NCBI GenBank assembly: GCA_002189035.1
Contig: NEEC01000002.1
Location: forward strand, 5,828,001 to 5,892,000
Direction: 5' to 3'
DNA from: Utricularia gibba
Taxonomy: Eukaryota; Plantae; Magnoliophyta
DNA: 64,000 nt
Under the pieces are notes generated by a model that was not told where the DNA came from, ran no database searches, and saw only the letters and a program-made list of their open reading frames with translations. The translations under genes and the position numbers were made by a program. Of this stretch, positions 12,933-23,152 are shown piece after piece; the first letter of the stretch is position 1; the number at the start of each line of letters is the position of its first letter.

Positions 12933-13242
12933 TTATCCTTTCGTAATAATAAAATAAGTCTTGGAACATTTACTACTGCAAAATCTGTAACCCCTGCAAA
13001 CCAAACAATTCTATTTAGTACCATGTTTACTTTGTGTATAAAAAAGAAAGCATAAAAGGTATTATTTCAATGCACCCCACTTACTTGTATATGTGGACAT
13101 CATCATAAGGTTGGATTTGCATCTTGCACCCATGGCACAAATCAACAATTGGCTTTGTTTGTTTAGATCCAGACCCAGAAGCTTCAGTTGAGGATTTGGA
13201 ATCTGATTTCTTTTCCTTGTTGCTTGTTTTGTTCTGCGACAT
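12933..13242 (-). CDS. FLZ: FLZ short-class microprotein, 72 aa, intact; join(13242..13085, 12993..12933)
   Basis: MSQNKTSNKEKKSDSKSSTEASGSGSKQTKPIVDLCHGCKMQIQPYDDVHIYKGYRFCSSKCSKTYFIITKG*. Fits C-X2-C-X17-FCS-X2-C. Confidence 0.87.
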
Positions 13243-14848
13243 CGTTGTGACTGTGTAGTGTGATGATATTCTATAGAAATTAGTGTTATATATAGATAAC
13301 ATAATAGAGTGTTCTCGTATATCTTTTTATTTTTTTTAATTAATACAATGAAATATTAGAAATTGAATTTTGTGACAATAACTTGAAGTGTGAAAAATTA
13401 ACAGTATTCATATGATAAATTTTCTTTAACCTAAAAAATAATAATAATAAATGAATAATATTGCATAAATAAAATGAATGTAAGAATATTTGATGTAAAA
13501 TTACAAAGATTAACATAATGCAAAAACTTTAGAATATATTACCCATATTGTTATTTATATTAAAAATAATTATATTTATAATAGCAAGTGATATTTAAAT
13601 TATAAATATAAAACATAAATTTGTATTTAAAATATTAAAATGATTAATGATTTGCACAATATGAAAGTAAAATCGAAATAGGTTAACCGATTAATATTAT
13701 GCAGAGAACAGTCAATTGAATTAGTTGATTTATTATTATTAATTCTTATAATTTATAAAAATTGTTATAATTATAATTTCATTCTTAATTTTCATATAAA
13801 GGCTACTGTCTATTGATTTTTATAAAATTGAATTTATTCTAAAAAATTAATTCTCATGAAAATAAAATTTGATATATATTTAAAGAAAAAATAATAATTC
13901 TATTAAAATAAAATTCATTTTAAAGACTTACAAACATTCATTTTGTCGATTTAGAGTGAGTTTCTAAAAAACTAATTATATGTTAACAAAAAAAATAATA
14001 TTTAATTTGCAAAAATATATTAACACTTAACATTGAAGACATTTAAATAATTTAATATTATAAATGATGGTGTTAGTGTTGCTTATTTTTCGACATTAAG
14101 TTAAAATTATTTTGCAAAATTAAATATCCATAAAAGTTGATTCAATTTCATTGTGAATTTCTGGATATTTCATTAATATGTTCTACATATGTACTGAACT
14201 TATATTTTAAAGATAGTAACTTGTATATATTTTTTCATATATCCGTAAGTGAATTCTTTAATAATATAATTAATTATAGCATTTAATTTAATCCTTTTGA
14301 ATTTATTACATTATCATTTAAAAAAGACTTAAGAATCAATTATATTTTTAGAATAAAATATTAAGAAAACGTTATATATAATATAATATTACATTTTTTG
14401 ATATAAAATTTTATATTAAAATTAGAATATATTTAATAATATAATAATTTTCTAGAACATGATAAAAATTGAAAATAAAATAATCAAGTGATATGTACCT
14501 AAATTATTATATATCCAATATATAATATATGGATAAAAAATAATTTTTTGTTTTGTTTGTGAATATAGTTTGGACTAGTAAAGGTGGTAATGAGTGAATT
14601 TTAGGTTTTTAATGTTGGAATGAAATAGGAATTGAGATTGGTTTTCCACACCCAACTTGATTTATTAAAACAAATAATCATATATCAAGAATTGAAAGTG
14701 AAATTATCATACATATAATAAATTCAATACCAATAGTAATCCATTAATTCTATTTTTTTCTAATATGATCTATATTTATTATATAATTAGAATTTATGTG
14801 TGTTTGTTCGATCCACTGAATCCTTAATTTCAAAAGTCATTGTATTGA

Positions 14849-15230
14849 TGTAACGACTCACTTTCACCTTGCACAATATTGTTCACTTCGAACATCCAAT
14901 CCTCACGAATTTACATTATCCCCTTTTAGGGAAAAAATTTCATACAAAATTAGAAAAATCCATCTATTTAAGCATGCCTCATCTCTCATTAGTAATCAAT
15001 GTAAGATATCGTAACCATCACAAGACACTTGGCCTCACATTCATTCCCTCTTAGACCCTTAATGTCCTCGTTGAATATCATCTCATCCCACCATTTGTTC
15101 AAGCTAGGATTTGTTTTAATATCAAATGTAACGATTCACCCTCGCCTTGCAAGATATTATCCATTTCGAACTTCCGGCCCTCACGATTTTACGTTTCTCT
15201 CCTGAGGAAAAGGTATTGATAACAAATATT
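14849..15230 (+). mobile_element. Degenerate pair of roughly 80-100 bp direct repeats starting TGTAACGA (TRIM/small-LTR-like)
   Basis: tgtaacgactcactttcaccttgcacaatattgttcacttcgaac (14849) vs tgtaacgattcaccctcgccttgcaagatattatccatttcgaac (15127), 278 bp apart. No PBS, PPT or TSD identified. Confidence 0.4.
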
Positions 15231-15374
15231 TTTGAATGTTTAAGAATAGGAAAATAATTAATATTTTGATGTAAAACTCAGATTTTATTGTTTATTTGTA
15301 CGTTTTTGTGATTAGTGGCATTTTTTGCATCTTTTATTTCTAATTATAACTAAATCTTGATTTAGTCTCAATTT

Positions 15375-15830
15375 TAGTTCTAATCATTCTCTTGAGCAAT
15401 GTAGCACGTTTTAGCAGCCCAAATCCCAAGTAGTCGAAAGTGTACAGTGGAAATGGCAGAGAAATGGAGATAAAAACTGAAAATAGAAGATACTAAATTC
15501 CAAGGTGATAAAAAGTGGATTTTGGATATGATAAGGAGTGAGTAAAATATCTATACCACCTAGGAGAGCATGCCACAGAATTATGGGGAGGGGGAAAGGA
15601 AGAAAAATCACAAAAACCATGAAGAAGAAGGAAGACAAAGAAGAAGCTTCTTTTCATGAATACTACTCCTAGCCGAGAGTAGTTTTAGCTTTCCGTTTAT
15701 GTTTATATTTCTTTCTTTGTTGTTGCACTGCAACATGAACATGTTTTGGTTGCTATATTATGAACGTATTTTGTTTTACCTTATTATGAATGTCTAAACA
15801 CTTAGAGGTGCTTTGGGATAAAGATGGATG
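15375..15830 (+). mobile_element. Possible retrotransposon LTR fragment
   Basis: A purine-rich block followed by a T-rich block (gtttatgttt...tatgaatgtctaaac) resembles Gypsy-type LTR composition and is unrelated to the flanking duplicated units. No termini defined. Confidence 0.3.
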
Positions 15831-16461
15831 AGCAAGTTTATTACTAGACCACATTACCACTTAATCATTCTATTTTCTTATCAAACCAAGATAGATTCAG
15901 GAGATGGAGTTAATAGTTTTCATCATAAACAATACTAATTAGAGGTAGACAAAAAATTAAGAAAAAATAAAGGTTTAAATAGACTTGAACCTTTGTTTAT
16001 TAGATGAATGATTTTAGATTTAGATAAGATAATTGTAATTATTAGCATGCTACCCTTGAATGTCTCAAGTCATCAGCTTCTTTTATTTTAGATAAAGATT
16101 TACTTTTACTTGTTTACCATCAATCTACATAATATTGTTGAACTAACTTAATCTTAGTTTTCATTAAATCTCTTAAGCATGAAGAAAGCAGTATGTATCA
16201 ACCTTTATATAACAAGCACATAACTCTTTTTTTTCGTTTCTGATTCATTATGCTCATATTTTTCATATGATTGACTGTGAATTAGGGTTACAAATTTTAT
16301 TTGATAGAAAATTTTGCATATTAACGACATGCATCATTTTTCGTTTATCTAGCCTCATGCAAGATTAAGAAAATTTCTCTATTTAAGCATGTTTTCTATC
16401 ACGTCCATAATCAATATAGGATATCGTAACTATCACAAAGCACTAGGCCTTACAATTGGAC

Positions 16462-17059
16462 TAGAGCTGGGCACGGTTACGGGTTGACCCATGTATCCGG
16501 TGGGTCAACCTGATGACGGGTCCAACCCGTGACTCGTAACCGTCGAAAATAGGTACAAGACGGGTTGGTTGTAAACGGGTGTGAGTCGACCCGGTGGGTC
16601 ATCAAGAAGATGTCCAGGCACTGCCATAGCATTTTTTAGGTGCCTAGTGAATATTGAAGTGAGGCTCTTTCAGGCACCGCAATGACATGTTTACAATGCC
16701 CATAGAGTATTGAAGCCAGTGTCTTTCAGGCATCACAATGGCATGTTCGCAATGCCTGGCAAATATTGAAGACAGTGTCTTCCAGGCACCGCAATGGCAT
16801 GTTTGCGGTGCCTGGCGAATATTGAAGTCAGTATCTTCCAGGCACCGCAATGGCATATTTATGGTGCCTAGAGAATATTGAAGGGAGTGCTTTCCAAGTA
16901 TCGCAATGGCATGCTTGCAGTGTCTAGAGAATTTACTAACCCGTGTCAACCCGTGACTCGGGACGGGTAAGCCTGTCTAACCCGTCAACCCGTACCCGCC
17001 GAGTCAAACATTTCATTTTTTACCCGGTGGGTCCGACCCGTGACCCGTGCCCAGCTCTA
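16462..17059. mobile_element. Non-autonomous TIR element (MITE-like, hAT-type ends), 598 bp
   Basis: Perfect 15-bp TIRs TAGAGCTGGGCACGG / CCGTGCCCAGCTCTA, many subterminal ACCCG/CGGGT motifs, and flanking direct repeat CAATTGGAC at 16453-16461 and 17060-17068. Confidence 0.9.
16606..16935. repeat. Tandem repeat, 56-bp unit x5 plus one partial, with palindromic units
   Basis: GAAG unit starts at 16656, 16712, 16768, 16824 and 16880. The unit at 16768 contains GAAGAC-agt-GTCTTC and CCAGGCACCGCAA-8nt-TTGCGGTGCCTGG. Confidence 0.92.
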
Positions 17060-17305
17060 CAATTGGACTATTGTATTCTTTTCTATATAATCATTTCAAC
17101 ATTTCAAGATTTACTTTTCTGATTCTATGCAATTGATGATCTCTCTGAATGATTGGGAACTTTCAATCCCAACCTGATCAATCTCAATATTGATGGATAT
17201 TCAACATAACCCCAAAGCTACAAGCTAGGGCAATTTGCATACTATATTTGTGTATGTACCAAAGGTGCTATTTATCAACGGTCTGAAAATCAATCATCGA
17301 ATATC

Positions 17306-17587
17306 CTATAGTTTCGGGGCCATATAATATGAACAATATTTACCAGTACATAATCTTTTATCCCTGCAAACCAACACGTCTCCATTCAGTATCATGCTTT
17401 CTTTATCTAAACAAAGAACACATGAAAGGTAGCATTTGTGTGCAGCCCACTTGTATATGAAGGGACTTTGACTACTGATTTTTCCCATGCATGCATGGCA
17501 TATATAAAGAAGAGGGTTTCTAGATCCAAACGCAACAGCTTTGTCTGAAGATTTGGAATCTGATGTGGTTGGTTTGTTCTCCAACAT
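17306..17587 (-). CDS. FLZ: Divergent FLZ-like microprotein (about 64 aa); join(17587..17451, 17363..17306)
   Basis: MLENKPTTSDSKSSDKAVAFGSRNPLLYICHACMGKISSQSPFIYK|DKRLCTGKYCSYYMAPKL*. Same intron position as its paralogs; second half of the finger is altered (LCTGKYC). Confidence 0.7.
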   Translation of the reverse strand: MLENKPTTSDSKSSDKAVAFGSRNPLLYICHACMGKISSQSPFIYKWAAHKCYLSCVLCLDKESMILNGDVLVCRDKRLCTGKYCSYYMAPKL

Positions 17588-19647
17588 GATTGCCACCATG
17601 TAGTTTGTAATGATATCTTGATGGAGGTGAATTCTATATATAAATATCATAATGAGTCATCTACCATTTTATTTGTTTTTAATTAACATACCTTAATCTT
17701 GAAAACTAGATTTTGTTACAAAGATTTAAGTAAATAAATTATGCACATTCGTATGATACATCTTTTTAACTGAAAAAGACATAAAACCGTAAGAGAATGG
17801 ATTCAATCAATAAAAATGAATTATATTGTACAAATAAGACACATATGTCAATATTTGGTGTTAATACCACAAAGATTAATATAATACAAAAAACTTTAAA
17901 ATATAGGATCTACATGTTATTTGTATTAAAAAATAGATATACTTAAAATAAAAAGTGATATTTAAATAAAAATAATATTTAATTTGAATACTTTTTACAA
18001 AAAAATATTACTATTTAACATTATTCTATATAATTTATGTTTAGAGTGCTCACACCTCACGTGATATTACACATGATTTTTTTTTTACACATCATGGGAG
18101 TCCTTTACATTCAACATTGTGATCCCACTCATTATCAAAAGGCAACATGATTGGGAGATGTGGGTTAAATTCAATCATAGTTAAAATTAAGGATACAATA
18201 GATAGTACAAACATGTATATGAAATCATAGTTAAATGATTATATTCTAAAAATTTGATTTCAATTAATTAATAATAATACACGACATCTTATATATTTTA
18301 CTATACCAATCTAATTTTTTGACATTTTTTAACTTTAATGTATTTCCTTGTTTTCTTTTAATTGAGACGTAGGCCAATATGAATCAATATTTACTAATCA
18401 AGTCATGCTTTAAGACAAACATTTGGATATTATGCTCAAATTAAGATTCCGATAGATTGAGAAATCATGTGTAAAACTCATGTAAACAAAATATATCTAT
18501 CACACTCAAAAATTTTGGACTAAATTAATTGTTAATAATTCATAATTTATTATATAATTACCATATCACATTAATTCTGAGATTGTTGGTTCTAATAATA
18601 AATATGTGCTCTGCATGATCAACTCATACACTGTGTCACAGCTGATGACCATACAATTCATAACTAGGAGAAAGATATACCGTAAAATATTATTTCAAGA
18701 TAATATTTGTAATCCCTAACATTGAACACAATCTATATACTAGTTATATGAACATGAAATCAGGGTTTAACTCCTAAAAAATAATAAGTGATTTTAATTT
18801 TTTTAGATTAAAAATCATTCATATTTGCTAACAAAATTATTTTTGTAATAATTTTTTAATAGTACAATATTACACGTGTTTACATTTCTGTGCAGCAAAA
18901 TAATTCTACTGTATTGAAGTCCATCGTTCATGACTAACCCGGTCGGGCAGACCGGGTCACGGTTCCTAAACTAAAATTGGATTCAGGTATTTTCTACAAA
19001 AAAATATTTTTTAAATAACTTCCACTTTTTATTCATCTATTTTGCACATATTTTAAATAAGATGATTCTGATAATCAATTTGAATAACAGTTCTATATAT
19101 AATGATAGATAGTTGTGAGGAAGTTGTGTGATAAAATAAGACTGGCCACCTAATCGAATGAGCCCAAACATTGGATGTTCATATTCGTTCGTAATATTTT
19201 TTATCCAAAAATGTTGTTCAAACACAAGTATTCATGTTCGTTTACTAAGAGATATTATTCATGTTTGTTGAAAAGAATTTTGTTTTCAAATAATAAATAT
19301 TCAGTTAGCTAACTAACCCTAAAGATAAAAGTACAATTGGAGATGAGAATTCCTATCTGTTATTTTTTTCCTTGTAAATGTCATAGTTATCATTGACTTA
19401 ACATGTGACATAGTTATTTAACTGTTACATTATTTTTTTTATTTTTTAAGTAGTGAATAATAATTTTAATAGCATATATATCAAATTGACACCAATATGT
19501 AACGTTTAAGATGTCTGATAACACGCTTAATATTATCTTATAATAACACGCTTTAAACTAACACAATTTTCAATCCTTACATTTGAACCCTAGGAACACT
19601 CCATTATCAAATATATCAATTTACATGTCATTAATTATTATTTTTTT

Positions 19648-19690
19648 TTAGATTTGCCGACGTTTTTTTAAAGTGGGGTCATCGTTGCAT
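19648..19690 (-). pseudogene. Internally deleted long-class FLZ remnant
   Basis: ATGCAACGA (start of the 11484 gene) is fused directly to TGACCCCACTTTAAAAAAACGTCGGCAAATCTAA (its last codons). The upstream gagtgtctctctgtatat...ggggcaaatgttca matches 11485-11530. Confidence 0.8.
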
Positions 19691-20602
19691 GAGTGTCTCT
19701 CTGTATATATAGTTGAAGATTGGGGCAAATGTTCATAATATATTATCGGATGCGGAATTATATAAAAAAAAAAGAAAAGAAAATATTATAGAAAATTTAA
19801 AATCAGATATTTAAATGGTCTGCATTTATATGCTCAATAATTTCCGAAAGGAATTTTTAAAAAATAATATTCATAATTCATGGATATGATTTTGTTTACA
19901 AATATAAGATATTAGAATGAACCACAAATACACAGCAAAATCCTACTGTCGAAAGGTTGAATCTGAATTTATTCTTACGAAAGAATATCAAAATTTGATT
20001 AAATTATATTTGAATTATGATGAAACGATGATTGAATCACTATTGAATCGTTATTTTTTTATTTTGATCGAAATATATTGTTCGAACATAAAGTATTCAC
20101 GTTCGTTCGTTAAGAATTTCGATTGTAACATATTATTCGAAAACGAATATTCATGTTAGTTCATTAACCATTTCTAATAGAATTTTGTTTTCAAACAACA
20201 TTAGATTATTCAGTTACCATTGAATTTTTAATTTGTTGAGAATTCAATTACCGAACAGTCAAAATAAGAAAAGGGCAATTGGAGACATTGATTTCTATCT
20301 AATTTTTTGCATTACAAATGTTATAATTATCATTCGGTAGTGTTTTTTATGGTAGCTTCAAATTAATAAAATTATTATCTGGTATTTAATTTTTTTCTAT
20401 TTTACAATTAGTAATATTATCATGCGAGGTCAAACGTATAACGTTTAACAAATATGATTATCATAAAATAACATAATTAATGTATAGCGTTTAACAAGCA
20501 TTATTTTCGTAAAATAACATCTTTAGAACTTATACACTTTTGAAACCCTCCAATTTGAAACTTAGTGACAAACCATATAATCCATTACAGTTTAGATGTC
20601 AT

Positions 20603-21041
20603 TTAATTATTTTTCTTATTTGTCCAATATGCCCACGTTCTTTTAAAATAGGAGTCATCCACCCGTTTACCCGATTCGCTCTGTGAACCCGCCGCCATCT
20701 TCCTCTCTATAGCTTCGTCGAGCGCCATCTCAGAACGGCGGCACTGCTCGGAGCAAAACCCACAGTCCCTGCAAATTGAAACCCAGCACATCACAAGGCG
20801 AGCCCGCACCGCCGTCATCGACTACAAAAGCGCAGAGAGTTTGAATTTCACAGACAGTCAATCCGTCAGTTACCTGTACATGAAGATATCCTTCTTCGGG
20901 AGAGAAGGCTCCTGCAGGAATGGCAGTACTTGAGAAAGTTGTCGCCTGTTTGCATTCCGCAGCGTTTGGAGACGGCGGCGATGATGAAAATGGTTCAACC
21001 TGAAGGGATGCCTACGCCCATCGGGAAACATATGGGTCCAT
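20603..21041 (-). pseudogene. FLZ: Long-class FLZ, probable pseudogene (or N-terminally truncated gene)
   Basis: DNFLKYCHSCRSLLS(P)KKDIFMYR|DCGFCSEQCRRSEMALDE, with a GT-AG intron at 20769-20873. There is an in-frame TGA at the codon aligning with Ser of the 11484 copy, and a -1 shift at the GGG run 20898-20900. Confidence 0.75.
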
Positions 21042-22843
21042 TTCGCCGGTGTGCGGTGTCTGATAAGCTTCAGGAGTGTCTGTATATATAGCTGAAAACT
21101 GGGGAAAGTGCAGTGAAGACCGTCTTTACTTTGAACCAAAGCATGAATTCAGGGAAAGGGGATTCAGATAATGCAAAAGGCATTCATGGTTTGTGAAGAT
21201 GATGGTAGCATTGATTCTCTTTCGGCATTACACTCATGGCGTGTTTTGTTTTATTAATTTCATGAATTTTTTTTTAAATTTTTTAACATTTGAATCTTTA
21301 TTAGTTCGATAGTAAAACAAAAAATTTAGATTATGTGATTAACTTTACAAATTATTATATTTATTAAATTTCTATTTCAAAGATTAAATAATATATTAAT
21401 TAAAAAGATTATACTATTCAATTTTTATCTATTTATATTGTAATATTAATTATATAATAATTTAATATATTAAACTTTACAATATATATATATATATTAT
21501 TAAAATTTATAATAATTTTATATTATCACACAAAACAATTTTACAATCTTAAATTGATTATATTTACATAATCTGAATCATAGTTTCAAATTATAAAACA
21601 AGCCCTCAACTTTTTGAACAAAGAATTGAATATTGAAAAAATCTGTTGAATTTATGGACATTCGATTAATATTTTTTTATATACTAAAGAGACGATTTTG
21701 ATGTTCTAATATTGTATGCATTTTCTAGATATTCATGTATGAATTCATTAATAATTTAATTAAATATATTATTTAATTTCATCCTTTTAATTTTATAATA
21801 ATTTATAAATTATAATGATTTATTGTGATTTTAAAAGGTTATGGTATCACTTATATTTTTTTTAATAAAAATATTGTCTTAACATTATAAATAATATCAT
21901 TCAAGAAAACTCAATTTAAAATTTCAAATTTTATAATGTCACAGTCTAAGAAGATATTTATGAATGCAAGAATGTTACAGAAAATTGTAAAAATAAAAAA
22001 TTGTAATGATGAAAATCAAAATCAAATATTCGATTAATTTGTATCTGAATTATCGGATATTCAATAATTTCGACTACAGATATTAAATTTGCAAATATAC
22101 ATATTCAGCAGGTGGCAACAAATGAATTTTAGGGTTTTGATGTTGGAATGAAATGGGGATTGGGAGTGGTTCGTGGTTGCTGCTTCTGGCATGATAAGTT
22201 CTAGAGCACCACGGCCTGCATTGGTGTCATCTTCTCCGAGGCGGCGACGCCCAACTTGGGTTTCTGCACGTAGTGAGGTCTCTGCATTGGATTCATGCTC
22301 CTTGTCCGATACGATCGTTACGATATTCAGCAGTGGATGCAGTCTCTTTAATTCTATGCATTTGTTCCTCTTGGAATGATTGTATAAATCAAACCCGAGA
22401 CAAGCGAGAGTCTTTTAGGGTCGTTTTTGCATCTCCTGCACGTATAGACTTTTGGATTTCGGGGCATTTCTGAAACTCAATTCGATTTAATAAATTAGAA
22501 TCCTACGTATACATGAGGCTAAATTCACTTTCAAATCTATCAAAATGAGAAGGTTGATATCTAATATTAACTAATTGAAATTTTCTTCAACTAGCAGTAT
22601 GAGATCACGTTTTTACTTTTCCAATATATGAATTTTCAACAGATTGTGTGCTTCCAAACTCAGCCTCATAAATTTCAATTTTAGTAGGTATTGAGTATAA
22701 GCCCAGAGCTACAACTTGGTATCATAATCATACACTCGCAACTTCAATATATTATAAGAAGTCATAGTATTGCTCATATCGAGCAATAGGAAGATAAATG
22801 TAGTTCAAAACACAAGCAATAAGTTGTATATCTATTTATCAGA

Positions 22844-23152
22844 TCATCTGGCGCGCTTTTGTTCATCCTGCGCAATCTGATTTCTGCGGCATCTGGTAGA
22901 ACAGTATCTGTTATCCCTGCAAACCAACACATCTCCATTTCGCACAATGTCTCCTTTATCCAAAGAAATAGAGCAGAAAGGCACCCAAACCACTTACTTG
23001 TACATGTAGACAGTTCCGCTTGGGTGCATTGCAGTCCCGCAGCCATGGCATAAATCGGCAGGCGGGTTTCTCTCTGTAGACCCCGACGCATCAGCGCTGG
23101 CCGAAGATTTGGAACCTGATGTCTTTTCCTTGCTGCTTTTTTTGTTCCACAT
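22844..23152 (-). CDS. FLZ: FLZ short-class microprotein, 75 aa, intact; join(23152..22998, 22916..22844)
   Basis: MWNKKSSKEKTSGSKSSASADASGSTERNPPADLCHGCGTAMHPSGTVYMYK|DNRYCSTRCRRNQIAQDEQKRAR*. Retains the canonical CRxxQIxxDE tail. Confidence 0.88.

Noticed and set aside
16606-16935. CRISPR-like look of the palindromic 56-bp array
   Set aside because: The units are contiguous with no unique spacers, lie inside a eukaryotic TIR element, and no cas genes are present.
16644-16949. 101-aa repetitive ORF
   Set aside because: By-product of the 56-bp repeat; the unit length is not a multiple of three.
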